Shown in pieces: positions 8,272 through 17,879 of a stretch of DNA of 64,000 bases. Numbering within the stretch: position 1 is the first letter of the stretch; each line of letters begins with the position of its first letter. Made by a program: the position numbers and the translations under genes. The notes beneath the pieces were generated by a model. That model was not told the DNA's origin. It saw nothing but the letters and a program-made list of their open reading frames with translations, and ran no database searches. The DNA comes from Spirochaetota bacterium (GTDB taxonomy: Bacteria; Spirochaetota; Spirochaetia; Treponematales; UBA12059): NCBI GenBank assembly GCA_003247225.1, contig QKAK01000028.1:7289-71288 (forward strand), read 5' to 3'.

Positions 8272-8850
8272 TCAGGCTTTAGTATCCGGCGCGGCGTCCG
8301 GCTGGGGCCGCTGCGGCTCCGGCTTCTTGATCGCCGGGGCCTTCGGTATAAGCATCATCGACATGAAGCGCCCTTCCATCCTCGGCGGGCTCTCCATGGC
8401 GTATATTCCCTCGATCTTGGTCAATACGCTCTTCAGGACTTCCTCGCCGATCTCGGTATGGGCGAGCTCGCGTCCCCTGAAGCGTATGGTCACCTTGACC
8501 TTGTTGCCCTCGAGCAGGAACGTGCGCACGTGCTTGGACTTGAAGTCCAGGTCGTGGTCGTCGATCTTGGGCTGCATCCGGACTTCCTTGATCTTGACGA
8601 TCTTCTGGTGCTTCCGGTTGTCCTTGAGCTTCTTTTCCTGCTCGAACTTGAATTTGCCGTAGTCGAGGATCTTACAGACCGGCGGATTCGATTGCGGCGC
8701 TATCTCGACGAGGTCGAGACCGAGCTCCTTGGCCATCCTGAGGGCCTCGGCCGTCGGCAGGACGCCCTTCTGCTCCCCGGCATCGTCGATTAACCGTACT
8801 TCACGGACCCTGATCTGTTCGTTGGTCCGCAGATTCTTATTGTCCGCCAA
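8272..8850 (-). CDS. infC: translation initiation factor IF-3
   Basis: [22 protein letters not shown]...[16 protein letters not shown]. The start codon is TTG (8850..8848), 4 nt after GGAGG. Confidence 0.95.
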   Translation of the reverse strand: MADNKNLRTNEQIRVREVRLIDDAGEQKGVLPTAEALRMAKELGLDLVEIAPQSNPPVCKILDYGKFKFEQEKKLKDNRKHQKIVKIKEVRMQPKIDDHDLDFKSKHVRTFLLEGNKVKVTIRFRGRELAHTEIGEEVLKSVLTKIEGIYAMESPPRMEGRFMSMMLIPKAPAIKKPEPQRPQPDAAPDTKA

Positions 8851-8990
8851 TGGACCTCCTTCGGCTTACCCTGCAAATTTCTATAGTGCTAAGCATTGTA
8901 GCATAGAGCCGCCGGTCGAGTCAAAGGGTGCGGCGTTCCCGGATAGGGAAGGCTCTATCGCGAATGTAAATAACGCGTAAGCTCGAATAT

Positions 8991-9019
8991 TTGACAGCTA
9001 TGGCTTCGAGTAGTATCGT
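8991..9019 (+). promoter_or_regulatory. putative promoter giving a leaderless mRNA for the 9026 ORF
   Basis: TTGACA (8991..8996), 17 nt, TATCGT (9014..9019), then 6 nt to ATG 9026. There is no SD. Confidence 0.35.
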
Positions 9020-9025
9020 TACACT

Positions 9026-9427
9026 ATGATCGAAAATGTTCAAGGGGCGCCTTCTAGCCTATCCGTAGTCTGCGCCGAGGCCGTCATAGGCTATCGCGAG
9101 GCCGGGAAGGGCGTTCAGGCCCCAGCCATACGCAAGGTGATAGAGTCGGTGCTCAGGCAGAAGCTGGAGCACGTATCGGCCCTTCGACCCTTGGACGCGC
9201 GTTTCTCCGGCGCGCTCGAGCGCTTGGCCATACCCGCGGGAGCGGAACCCGAGGACGTGCTTCGGCGCCTGGTATCCCACGAGACGGCCTTCGCGGCGTC
9301 GCTCGACGCGTTCGCGGCGTCGCTCGACGACGAGGAGGCGAGGCAGCTGGTCAAGGGCGTCGCGGACGGCAGCCGTAAATTCGCTAGCTGGGCGCAGGAT
9401 CACCTCGATCTGCTCGCCATGTTCTAG
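9026..9427 (+). CDS. hypothetical protein
   Basis: 133-aa ORF with coding-like composition. I recognised no motif. Confidence 0.45.
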   Translation: MIENVQGAPSSLSVVCAEAVIGYREAGKGVQAPAIRKVIESVLRQKLEHVSALRPLDARFSGALERLAIPAGAEPEDVLRRLVSHETAFAASLDAFAASLDDEEARQLVKGVADGSRKFASWAQDHLDLLAMF

Positions 9428-9479
9428 CTACCGTTCGGCTACCCTTGCCTCGCGCGCGCCGGCGTGGTAGCCTCTGCCC

Positions 9480-10154
9480 ATGTACGTGTTCGCCCTGCTT
9501 TCGATGCCGCTCTCGTTCATGGCCGTCTCGGCATGGACCTTCAGCGTCGGCGAGAAGAGCGGCCGCGCCTTCGCGCGCGGGCTCCTGTTCGGCCTGCCGG
9601 CGGTTTTCGTCTGGATCCTGCTCCGCCGGCTGCTGGCGCCCGTATGGGGTTCCCCGGCGTTAGGCGTCGTCTTCCTCGCGAGGTATTGGCTGCTCCCGCT
9701 CGGCTTGACGACGCTCGCGTACGCGGCGGCCGTCGGGTTCTCGAGCGTCGCGCGCGACGGCGAGTACGACCGCCTGGTATCGTTCTTCATGGGCTCGCTG
9801 TCCGTATTCGGCGCCGCGCACGCCATATCGTCATGGGGGGACCGAAGCGCGGTATTCGCCGTCTACTTGCCGCTGACGCTGGTCGCCACGGCCCTGGCCT
9901 TCCCGTACCTGCTCGAGGAAGCGGTCAAGGACGGCATGCCCGGAGCGCTCAAGCCGCTGGCCCTGGCGACGCTCGGCTGCGCGGCCGCGGCGTTCGGGAC
10001 GGCGTTCTTCTTCTTGAGGCTCGAATGGCTGGGGTACCTGGTGTCGGCGCTGTACGCGGGAGCCGCCGCATGGCTCGGACTGTCCAGGTTATTCCGCGCG
10101 CGGCGCGGCGCTTCATGGGACCAGCGGGGCTCGAACCCACCACCTACGGCTTAG
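9480..10154 (+). CDS. integral membrane protein, unknown function
   Basis: 224 aa with several hydrophobic spans (LLFGLPAVFVWILL, YWLLPLGLTTLAYAAAVGF and others). The last 39 nt run antisense into tRNA-Arg, so the true C-terminus is uncertain. Confidence 0.5.
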   Translation: MYVFALLSMPLSFMAVSAWTFSVGEKSGRAFARGLLFGLPAVFVWILLRRLLAPVWGSPALGVVFLARYWLLPLGLTTLAYAAAVGFSSVARDGEYDRLVSFFMGSLSVFGAAHAISSWGDRSAVFAVYLPLTLVATALAFPYLLEEAVKDGMPGALKPLALATLGCAAAAFGTAFFFLRLEWLGYLVSALYAGAAAWLGLSRLFRARRGASWDQRGSNPPPTA

Positions 10155-10189
10155 AAGGCCGTTGCTCTATCCAGATGAGCTATGATCCC
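10116..10189 (-). tRNA. tRNA-Arg (anticodon TCT)
   Basis: The reverse complement GGGATCATAGCTCATCTGGATAGAGCAACGGCCTTCTAAGCCGTAGGTGGTGGGTTCGAGCCCCGCTGGTCCCA folds as a cloverleaf with anticodon loop CTTCTAA. No CCA is encoded. Confidence 0.9.
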
Positions 10190-10194
10190 GGAGG

Positions 10195-10267
10195 TCGGGA
10201 CGGGGGGATTCGAACCCCCGATATCCAGCTCCCAAAGCTGGCGCCTTAGCCGCTAGGCTACGTCCCG
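10195..10267 (-). tRNA. tRNA-Pro (anticodon TGG)
   Basis: The reverse complement is CGGGACGTAGCCTAGCGGCTAAGGCGCCAGCTTTGGGAGCTGGATATCGGGGGTTCGAATCCCCCGTCCCGA. The anticodon loop is TTTGGGA and the T-loop is GGTTCGAATCC. Confidence 0.9.
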
Positions 10268-10278
10268 ATCAAGGCTAT

Positions 10279-10308
10279 TGTATAAGCCGCGCTCCGAGCG
10301 TTTGTCAA
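10279..10308 (-). promoter_or_regulatory. putative promoter of the tRNA-Pro/tRNA-Arg unit
   Basis: On the minus strand: TTGACA (10308..10303), 18 nt, TATACA (10284..10279), 11 nt upstream of the tRNA-Pro 5' end. Confidence 0.4.
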
Positions 10309-10521
10309 TGAGCGAGCCTATCCGCCTCCTCGGGCGCATAGGCGTCCCCGATGCCTCCGCGCCCGCCTAAGCCCCTCCCGAGCCTGTTTTTCTTGACAAC
10401 TCCTGGAATAGGTTCCATCATTCGAAGACTTAGTACGAAACGGTTCTACTGTTCCGTCGGGGGCTCGGCCGCGTCGAACGACGTCGCGAAGGGCCTCCAA
10501 CCTTCCTTAAGGAGCGAGTCT

Positions 10522-12618
10522 ATGGCCTACACGACCGACCTCATCAGGAACGTGGCCCTAGCGGGCCACGGTAGCACGGGTAAGACGAGCCTGCTCGAAC
10601 ATATCCTCTTCAGCGCCGGCGCCATCCAGAAGCCGGAATTGCTCGAGTCCGGTAAGACGGTGAGCGATTACGCTGAGGAGGAGATCGAGCGTAAGATTTC
10701 GGTACACGCGTCGCTCGCGCACGCGATAGTCGGCGACGTAAAGATCAACCTGCTGGACACCCCCGGATCGTCCGATTTCATCGGCGACGTGATCCTGGCC
10801 TTGAGGTCCTGCGAGTCCGCCATCGTACTACTGGGCGCCAGGGCCGGCGTGCAGATCGAGACCATAAAGATCTGGCGCAATCTCGAGAGCCGCGCCAAGC
10901 CGCGGATGCTGTTCGTCAATAAGCTCGACGAGGAGCGCGCCTCGTTCTCCGGCGCCTTAGCCGACGTAAAAGAGAAATTCAAGCAGGCCCCCGTGGCCAT
11001 TACCATACCGATGGGCGAGGGCGCCGACTACAAGGGCGTCATCGACGTGCTGAACCAGAAGGCCTATCCGACGCCGGCGGCGCACGACCAGAAGGAGGCG
11101 GCGGCCGCGATCCCCGCCGAGTACGCCGACGCGGTGGCCGAGGCGCGCGCCGCGCTGTCCGAGGCGGCCGCCGAGGGCGACGACGAGCTGATGGAGAAAT
11201 ACCTGTCCGAGGGCGAGCTGGCCCAGGACGAGATAGTCAAGGGCATCTCCGAGGCGCTGGCGGGCAATCGCGTCGTGCCGGCCTTCGCCGGCTCGGCTAC
11301 CAGGAACTCCGGCGTCGCGGCCCTGGTCGACTTCCTCGTCGCGATCGCGCCCGACCCGTCGAAGCACTCGGCCGAGAAGGTGAGCGCCCCCGACGGCGGC
11401 CAGTCCGACCTGCTCGTCGACGAGCGGGGCCCCCTGGCCGCCCTCGTGATCAAGACCCAGATCGACCAGTTCTCCGGGAGGCTGTCGTACGTCAAGGTGG
11501 TCCGCGGCGCGCTCGCCTCCGATACCGAGTACCTGAACGTGCAGGAGAACAAGAAGGAGAAGGCCGGCAAGCTCTATACCGCCCAGGGCAAGAAGCTCGA
11601 GGAGATCCACGAGCTGCGCGCCGGCGACATAGGCATCCTGGCCAAGAGCCCGTCGCTCAAGACGAACGAGACCCTCGCCGCGCCGGACGCGCCGGTGTCG
11701 TTCCTGCCCCTCCGGCTGCCCCAGCCGATCCACGCGGTAGCGATCAGCGCGGTGTCCAAGAAGGAAGAGGACAAGCTGTCCGAGCTGCTCCATAAGGCCT
11801 CGGAGGAGGACAAGACCTTCACGATACGCTTCGACGCCGAGACCAAGGAGACGGTGATCGCCGGCATGGGCGAGCTGCACCTGAACATCATGCTCAACAA
11901 GGTGCGGACCCAGCAGAAGATCGAGGTCGAGACCCGCGTGCCGCGCGTCGCGTACCGCGAGACGATCACCAAGCATTCAGGCGGCGAGTATACCCACAAG
12001 AAGCAGACCGGCGGCCACGGCCAGTACGCCCGCGTGGTGATGGAAGTGGAGCCGCTGCCGCGCGGCGAGGGTTACAAATTCGAGAACAAGGTCTTCGGCG
12101 GCGCGGTGTCCAAGGGCTTCATCCCCGGCATCGAGAAGGGCATCCACCAGGCGATGGAATTCGGTACGATAGCCGGCTATCCGGTCGTCGACATCAAGAG
12201 CATCCTGACCGACGGCAAGGAGCACCCGGTCGACTCCTCCGAGATGGCGTTCAAGATCGCGGCGCGCGGCGCGTTCCGCGAGGCCTGCAAGGCCGCCGGC
12301 GCCACGCTGCTCGAGCCGATCATGCGGCTGATGGTATTCGTCGACGAGAAGTACCTCGGCGACGTGATGTCCGACCTCTCGGGCCGCCGCGGCCGCATCT
12401 CCGGCCAGGAGCCGATAGGCGGCGGCATCGTCGAGATCAAGGCCGAGGTGCCCCAGGCCGAGCTGCTGCGCTACTCGATCGACCTCAAGGCGATGACCAG
12501 CGGCACCGGCGGCTTCGAGGTCGAGTTCGACCACTACTCGCCGATCTCCGGCAAGATCGCCGACGACGTGGCCAAGGCCGCGGCCGAGTTCAGGATCCAG
12601 GAAGCCGAGGACGAGTGA
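10522..12618 (+). CDS. elongation factor G family GTPase (EF-G paralog)
   Basis: Internal ATG behind AAGGAG. Motifs: G1 AGHGSTGKTS, G3 DTPGSSDF, G4 NKLD. EF-G domains II-V follow (GELHLNIMLNKV, HKKQTGGHGQYA). Confidence 0.85.
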   Translation: MAYTTDLIRNVALAGHGSTGKTSLLEHILFSAGAIQKPELLESGKTVSDYAEEEIERKISVHASLAHAIVGDVKINLLDTPGSSDFIGDVILALRSCESAIVLLGARAGVQIETIKIWRNLESRAKPRMLFVNKLDEERASFSGALADVKEKFKQAPVAITIPMGEGADYKGVIDVLNQKAYPTPAAHDQKEAAAAIPAEYADAVAEARAALSEAAAEGDDELMEKYLSEGELAQDEIVKGISEALAGNRVVPAFAGSATRNSGVAALVDFLVAIAPDPSKHSAEKVSAPDGGQSDLLVDERGPLAALVIKTQIDQFSGRLSYVKVVRGALASDTEYLNVQENKKEKAGKLYTAQGKKLEEIHELRAGDIGILAKSPSLKTNETLAAPDAPVSFLPLRLPQPIHAVAISAVSKKEEDKLSELLHKASEEDKTFTIRFDAETKETVIAGMGELHLNIMLNKVRTQQKIEVETRVPRVAYRETITKHSGGEYTHKKQTGGHGQYARVVMEVEPLPRGEGYKFENKVFGGAVSKGFIPGIEKGIHQAMEFGTIAGYPVVDIKSILTDGKEHPVDSSEMAFKIAARGAFREACKAAGATLLEPIMRLMVFVDEKYLGDVMSDLSGRRGRISGQEPIGGGIVEIKAEVPQAELLRYSIDLKAMTSGTGGFEVEFDHYSPISGKIADDVAKAAAEFRIQEAEDE

Positions 12619-12643
12619 TCGCCCGGCCGCGCTAGCTATCCGC

Positions 12644-12671
12644 GGGGCCGCCCTCCTGGGCGGCCCCTTTT
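12644..12671 (+). terminator. intrinsic terminator after the EF-G paralog
   Basis: GGGGCCGCCC-tcct-GGGCGGCCCC followed by TTTT. Confidence 0.7.
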
Positions 12672-12714
12672 CTCGGCTCGCCGGCTGACGAGGACGCCCG
12701 TCGGCGCCGCCGGC

Positions 12715-15700
12715 CTACCAGAGCGTCATGACGCCGCGGTCGGCCTCGAAGCCGAGCCCGGCGAGCAGGCCGGCGTACGGCGACGAGGCGGCGCTCTCGC
12801 CGTTGACCGAGGCTACCGCTATGCGGCGCTCGGGAGAGACGGCGCGGCGCCTGGCCTCGAGCGCGAAGGCGAGCGATCCCGCGGCGACGGGGTCGCCGGG
12901 CTCGCGGGAGAGCTCCAGCTCTCGCCACGATCGCCTGGCCACGCAGACCGGCTCGCCGCCTGACAGCGACAGGCGGTTGGCCGGCAGCCGCGACGGCAGC
13001 CCGTCGGGGAGGCCTTCGACGGCCCAGCCCGCTGGGCTCGCCGGATCGCAGGCGTTCATCGACGCGAGCCCGCCGTCGAAGCCGTCCTTGAATACGCGCA
13101 GGGCGTCGGCGCCGATGAACTGCGGCCCGTCCGGGCCGTCGAAGAAGCGGCCGCAGGATAGCTCCCCGGACAGCTCCATGCGCCTGAGCGCCCGCGCGAG
13201 GCCGCCCCAGCGCGCCCTCGGCAGCTCGCGCTCGAGCATCGCCGGGAATACGACGCCGTAGCGCCTGACGACGGCCCTGACCGCGCGGCAGTCCAGTTCG
13301 AGGCGGTCGGCCTCGTCCGCGGGGCCCGCGTCGTCGAGCGCGAGCGCGAACCAGGTTCCGGCCAGCGGGGGGCCGTCCTTCCAGCGGGCGCGCAGCGCGG
13401 TCGGCACGCGAGCCGGCCTTCCGCGAGCCGGCCGTTCGGCCGTATCGGCGGCGCCGGCCGCGGACGCGGATCGCCTGAAGCCTCGTCCGGCCGCCCGCCT
13501 GACGGCCTCGAAACCGTCCGAGCCTATGGCGCCTGCCCATATCTCCGCCCACAGCCGCTCCTCCAGCTCCGCTATCGAGAGGCCGTGCCTGTCCTTGACG
13601 GTCCAGGCGTCGAGAGGTCCGTCGCCCGGCGAGAGGAGCGAGCTGGGCGTCCCGGGCGCGAAGGCCTCGTAGTCGGCCGCGGAGGCGAACGCGACGACGC
13701 GCTCACCGGCGCCGAACCAGATGAATTCGCCGTCGGCGAGGAGCTCGTCCAGGTACTCGGGGCGGTAGCCGGGGACGCGGGCAGGCAGGATCTCCGTCTC
13801 CCAGAGCGCCGCCGGCGCCGGGTAGCCGGACAGCGCCTCGAGCGCCCGCCTCGTGGCCGCTACCCCCGACGGCCGATCGTCCGCGTCCGGATCGTCGTCC
13901 GGCCGGGCGCGGTCGCGCAGTCCCTGCATGGCCGCGACGAAGGCGGGCAGGGCGGCGGCCGGCATCGCCCGCAGCTTGGGCCTGGCGGCGGCGCGGCCCT
14001 GCCTGAGGAGCGACTCGAGCACGTCGCGGTCGCAGGCGCCCTGAACCTCGCCCGCGGGCTCGCCGCCGGACGCTCCGTCCGGCGCGCTCGGCCGCGCGCC
14101 GAGGCCGGGGCCTACTACGACGCCGGCCGCCTCGAGGAGCCCGGGCTCGGCCGCGCCAGGCCCGAAGACGGAGCCGAGCCGGCCGAGCGACGCGGGGCCG
14201 GCGTAGGGCAGCCATCGGGCCGCGAGCGACGCCCGGCCGTCCGGGCGGCCCGCGGACTCCAGCAAGGCGGCCTTGCCCTCTCGCCTGACCACGACGGCCT
14301 CCGAGGCGCCGGGCAGCGTCAGCGCCTCGAGCCTGGACAGGAGCCCGGGGCCGGTCCCCGGGGCGGCGATCGCGGCCCGGGCGGCCTCGCGCAGGCCCTC
14401 CGGGCAGACGGCGAGCAGGGCGTCCCATTCGTCGAGCGGTATGGCCAGCCGCTCGTCGACCCAGTCGGCGAGGCCGTCGGGGCTCGACGGCGCCCAGCCG
14501 GGCAGCTCGCGCCTGAGCCTCGCGCCGTAGGCCGACGCGAGCGCGGGGTCGACGCGCGGGCGGGCGGCCGGGTCGCTCATGGCCCTGGCGATGGCCGCCT
14601 CGGCGGCTCCGGCGGCCCCGACCGCCGGAGTCCCGTTCGGGTATATCGTCGACCCGTCGTCGTCGTAGAGATACCTGTTCGTCTCGGCCCAGCCGCACTG
14701 CCTGGCGAAGGGGCTCGGCGCCGCCGGCGAGAAGACCGGCGCGGCGACGGAGCCGTCCGCCAGGCCCGCGCAGAGGGACGACAGCGCGGCGAGGTCGAAG
14801 CGCTGCTCGAGCACGGTCTTCCAGGTCTCGGCCTCGATCGGGAAGCCCTCGCAGCCGCTCGTGCGCTCGAGGAGGCGCTTGGCCCGGAGCCTCGTGACCC
14901 AGAGCGGGGTGCGCCTGCCGAAGCCGGAGCGCGGCAGGAGGAGGGCGCGTCCGGCGTTCTCCCTGAAGGCCGCGCCGAAGACCGCGCTGCCGGCGAGGGC
15001 GCCGCGCAGGGCCGCGGAAAGGACCGCCGGCTCGGCGAGCGAACGGAGCGCGTCCATCAGCGCTCGGACCGCCTCGTCCCGGTCGACGAACGGCATCGAC
15101 AGCGATACCGAGTCGTCGTTCGCCAGCCGCTCGACCGGCAGGCCCAGCTTGTCGCGCAGCAGCGACGACAGCGCCATGCCGAGCGGCTCGTTGACGGCGG
15201 AGCCGCGCAGGGTATGGACGATCAGCGCCGTCGCGCCGGCCTTGGCCGACGGGTCGCGGAAGGCCTCGACGACGACGGAGCCGGGCGACGGCAGGCCAGC
15301 GCCCTTCTGGGCCCGCGACTGCGACGACAGGAACGCGACGAGGGCTTCGGCCGCCTCGGGCGAGAAGCCGAATCGCCCGCGGAGCGCCGCGCCGAAGCCG
15401 TCCGGGTCCGCGTCGAAGGCCGCGCACAGCTCGAGCATGCGGCGCGAGACCGACGCGCCGCGGGCGGCCTTCTCCGCCTTCCAGAACGGCATGAAGTCGG
15501 CGTCGCGGTCGAGCGGGGCCACGGTGACGGCCTCGTCGCCTATGTCGACGATACGCCAGGCCTGGGTGCCGAAGCTGAAGCTGTTGCCGACGCGGCGCTC
15601 GAAGACGAACTCCTCGTCGAGCTCGCCGAGCCGCGTGCCGTCGGCGAGGCGCATCGCGTAGTAGCCGCGGTCGGGTATGGAGCCGCCGGCCGAGTAGAGC

Positions 15701-17238
15701 AGCATCGCCGCGCCTTCCTTGGCGCGCAGCGCGCCGCGCTCCTCGTCGAGGTAGGCGCGGCCGGACAGCTCCTTGATTCGGCTGCCGGCGAAGCGGCCCG
15801 AGAGCATGCCGACGACGGCGTCGAAGTCGGCCCGCGCGAGGGCCGCGTAGGGCGGGAAGGACAGTACCTCGCCGTAGAGCTCGTCGAGCCGCCGTTCCTC
15901 GAATAGCACCATCGACAGGAGTACCTGGGCGAGCAGGTCCAAGGGCTCGCGCGGCGGGCGCAGCGGGTCGAGGTCGCGATCGAGGGCGGCGCCGACCGCG
16001 GCCGCCGCGGCCAGCAGGTCGAGCCCGTGGAAGGGGTAGACGACGGCGCGGCTGGCCAGCCCGACCCGGTGGCCGGAGCGGCCGGCCCGCTGGAGGAGCT
16101 GGTCGGCTCGCTGGGGCGAGCCGGCGAGCGCGACCAGGTCTATCGCGCCGACGTCTATGCCGAGCTCGAGCGTGCCGGTGGCGACGACGCAGCGCAGGCG
16201 GCCGGCCTTGAGCCTGGCCTCGACGGCCTTGCGCACGTCCTTGGAAAGGGAGCCGTGGTGGGCCCAGGCCGTGCCGTCGCCGGAGCGCTCGTTGAGCATG
16301 GCCGCGAGCCGCTCTGCCCGCCTGCGCGAGTCGGCGAACACGACGGTCGAGCGCTCGCGGGCCAGCCTCTCGGCCAGGTCGTCGGCTATCGCGTCGTAGC
16401 GGCCGGACGGCTCGTCGGCCTCGCGGTCGTCGGGGCCGGCAGTCGGCGGGCGCGCGAGCGGCCGAGCCGCGGGCCAAGCGACCGACAGCTCGTAGCGCTT
16501 GGCGGCCGGCGGCGCGACGACCGCCATCGTCCGCGGCTCGTACCGGGCCGAGCCGTCCGGGGCGCGGACCAGGCGCGACCCGGCGGCGAAGCGGGCGGCC
16601 GTCTCGAAGGGCTCGACGGTGGCCGACAGGGCGACGCGCTGGAACTCGCCGGCCAGCAGGGCGAGCCGCCCGACCGAGCAGGCGAGGGCGGCGCCGCGCT
16701 TGGTTCCTAGGATCGCGTGGAGCTCGTCGAGTATCAGGAGGCGGACCGAGCCGAGCATGGCCTGGCCGGAGCGGGAGGCTATCATGATCGCCAGGCTCTC
16801 GGGCGTCACGCAGAGTATGGAGGGGGGCCTGGATATCATCCCGCGGCGCTCCGACTGGCTCGTGTCGCCCGAGCGCGAGGCTATCTTGAGGCGCGGGAAG
16901 GCCTCGCCCCGATCGCGGAACCACGCGGCCAGTTCCCTGGCCGGCTCGAGCAGGTTGAGCCTGACGTCCTCGTTGAGCGCCTTGAGCGGCGACACGTACA
17001 GCGCCGACAGGCCGTCGGGCGGGTACTCGCCGGTCGCGAAGCGCGACAGGGCGCCGAGGAAGGCCGTCAGGGTCTTGCCGGAGCCTGTCGGCGCCGACGC
17101 GAGGACGTGGCCTCCCGAGGCGATGACGGGCCAGGCAGCGGCCTGGACCGGCGTCGGCTCGCCGTAGCGCTCGGCGAACCAGGAGCGTACGAGCGGGTGG
17201 AACGAATCGGGCAGGGATATCGGCGTCGCTTCGGGCAT
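12715..17238 (-). CDS. lhr: large ATP-dependent helicase Lhr (DEAD/DEAH box)
   Basis: 1507 aa. Motifs: TPVQAAAWPVI (Q-motif region), Walker A APTGSGKT, DELH box, helicase C region (HHGSLS..., VATGTLELGIDVG). The long C-terminal extension is typical of Lhr. Confidence 0.85.
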   Translation of the reverse strand: MPEATPISLPDSFHPLVRSWFAERYGEPTPVQAAAWPVIASGGHVLASAPTGSGKTLTAFLGALSRFATGEYPPDGLSALYVSPLKALNEDVRLNLLEPARELAAWFRDRGEAFPRLKIASRSGDTSQSERRGMISRPPSILCVTPESLAIMIASRSGQAMLGSVRLLILDELHAILGTKRGAALACSVGRLALLAGEFQRVALSATVEPFETAARFAAGSRLVRAPDGSARYEPRTMAVVAPPAAKRYELSVAWPAARPLARPPTAGPDDREADEPSGRYDAIADDLAERLARERSTVVFADSRRRAERLAAMLNERSGDGTAWAHHGSLSKDVRKAVEARLKAGRLRCVVATGTLELGIDVGAIDLVALAGSPQRADQLLQRAGRSGHRVGLASRAVVYPFHGLDLLAAAAAVGAALDRDLDPLRPPREPLDLLAQVLLSMVLFEERRLDELYGEVLSFPPYAALARADFDAVVGMLSGRFAGSRIKELSGRAYLDEERGALRAKEGAAMLLYSAGGSIPDRGYYAMRLADGTRLGELDEEFVFERRVGNSFSFGTQAWRIVDIGDEAVTVAPLDRDADFMPFWKAEKAARGASVSRRMLELCAAFDADPDGFGAALRGRFGFSPEAAEALVAFLSSQSRAQKGAGLPSPGSVVVEAFRDPSAKAGATALIVHTLRGSAVNEPLGMALSSLLRDKLGLPVERLANDDSVSLSMPFVDRDEAVRALMDALRSLAEPAVLSAALRGALAGSAVFGAAFRENAGRALLLPRSGFGRRTPLWVTRLRAKRLLERTSGCEGFPIEAETWKTVLEQRFDLAALSSLCAGLADGSVAAPVFSPAAPSPFARQCGWAETNRYLYDDDGSTIYPNGTPAVGAAGAAEAAIARAMSDPAARPRVDPALASAYGARLRRELPGWAPSSPDGLADWVDERLAIPLDEWDALLAVCPEGLREAARAAIAAPGTGPGLLSRLEALTLPGASEAVVVRREGKAALLESAGRPDGRASLAARWLPYAGPASLGRLGSVFGPGAAEPGLLEAAGVVVGPGLGARPSAPDGASGGEPAGEVQGACDRDVLESLLRQGRAAARPKLRAMPAAALPAFVAAMQGLRDRARPDDDPDADDRPSGVAATRRALEALSGYPAPAALWETEILPARVPGYRPEYLDELLADGEFIWFGAGERVVAFASAADYEAFAPGTPSSLLSPGDGPLDAWTVKDRHGLSIAELEERLWAEIWAGAIGSDGFEAVRRAAGRGFRRSASAAGAADTAERPARGRPARVPTALRARWKDGPPLAGTWFALALDDAGPADEADRLELDCRAVRAVVRRYGVVFPAMLERELPRARWGGLARALRRMELSGELSCGRFFDGPDGPQFIGADALRVFKDGFDGGLASMNACDPASPAGWAVEGLPDGLPSRLPANRLSLSGGEPVCVARRSWRELELSREPGDPVAAGSLAFALEARRRAVSPERRIAVASVNGESAASSPYAGLLAGLGFEADRGVMTLW

Positions 17239-17290
17239 GGAACGATAGTACGCGATCGCCCGAAGGCTCTCAAGTATCGCCTGAGTACAG

Positions 17291-17347
17291 TCGTCGTCGG
17301 GGTACCGTCGTCGTCGGGGTACCGTCGTCGTCGGGGTACCGTCGTCG
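17291..17347. repeat. 17-bp tandem repeat x3.3 (TCGTCGTCGGGGTACCG)
   Basis: Three perfect units at 17291..17341 plus a partial unit, in the divergent lhr / membrane-protein intergenic region. Confidence 0.9.
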
Positions 17348-17354
17348 CCTCCGC

Positions 17355-17384
17355 TTGTCCGGCGCGGCGGCTTCCGGCTATACT
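17355..17384 (+). promoter_or_regulatory. putative promoter giving a leaderless mRNA for the 17392 ORF
   Basis: TTGTCC (17355..17360), 18 nt, TATACT (17379..17384), then 7 nt to ATG 17392. There is no SD. Confidence 0.35.
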
Positions 17385-17391
17385 CCGGCCA

Positions 17392-17871
17392 ATGGACGCA
17401 AACACGCTGCTCGTCACCATAGGCCTATCCTTCCTGCCGATCTCTGAGCTGCGCGGGGCCATACCCTTCGCGGTGGCCCGCGGCGCGCCGCTGTTCGAGG
17501 CGGCCGCGATAGCGGTGGCCTGCAACGCCCTGGTCGGCCCGGTCGCGTTCGTCTTCCTCGAGACCTTCCATAAGCTCCTGTACCGCTGGGCCTTCTACGC
17601 GCGCGTGTTCGACCGCTTCGTCGCCAAGGCCAGGGGCAAGGTCAAGGAGAAGGTCGAGAAATACGGCTACCTCGGCATCATGCTGTTCGTCGCGATACCG
17701 CTGCCGGTCACCGGCGCCTGGACCGGCACGCTCGGCGCCTGGATACTCGGCATGGGCCGCCGCAGGACGATGCTCGCGGTGGCGGCCGGCGTGCTCGTAT
17801 CGGGCGCGATCGTGTCGCTGATAGTCGGCTTCGGCGTCGAGGCCCTGTCCTTCCTCGTCAAGCGGGTCTAG
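17392..17871 (+). CDS. small membrane protein of the putative small multidrug export family (COG2426-like)
   Basis: Internal ATG of ORF 16717..17871. The signature PISELRGAIPFA is present, with 4 hydrophobic spans. Confidence 0.55.
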   Translation: MDANTLLVTIGLSFLPISELRGAIPFAVARGAPLFEAAAIAVACNALVGPVAFVFLETFHKLLYRWAFYARVFDRFVAKARGKVKEKVEKYGYLGIMLFVAIPLPVTGAWTGTLGAWILGMGRRRTMLAVAAGVLVSGAIVSLIVGFGVEALSFLVKRV

Positions 17872-17879
17872 CGGCGCCG

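Noticed and set aside
10116-10154. The membrane-protein ORF (9480..10154) extends 39 nt antisense into tRNA-Arg.
   Set aside because: This is not treated as a real functional overlap. The last residues (SWDQRGSNPPPTA) are probably fortuitous read-through into the tRNA complement. The feature is kept with an uncertain 3' end.
10309-10521. Long 5' region of the EF-G paralog, with a TTGACA at 10393 and a CCTTAAGG palindrome abutting the SD.
   Set aside because: The candidate -10 is poor (CATCAT) and the structures are short. There is not enough support to call a riboswitch or leader.
13703-16924. 1073-aa ORF on the minus strand inside lhr (different frame), plus the 773-aa plus-strand ORF 13585..15906.
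   Set aside because: Extreme Arg/Pro/Gly/Ala composition with no motifs. These are typical open shadow frames of a GC-rich gene. The Lhr frame carries all the helicase motifs.
17291-17347. Tandem repeats considered as a possible CRISPR array, together with the 20361..20402 and 29935..30040 repeats.
   Set aside because: The units are directly abutting with no spacers and are too short, and there are no cas genes. They are simple tandem repeats.
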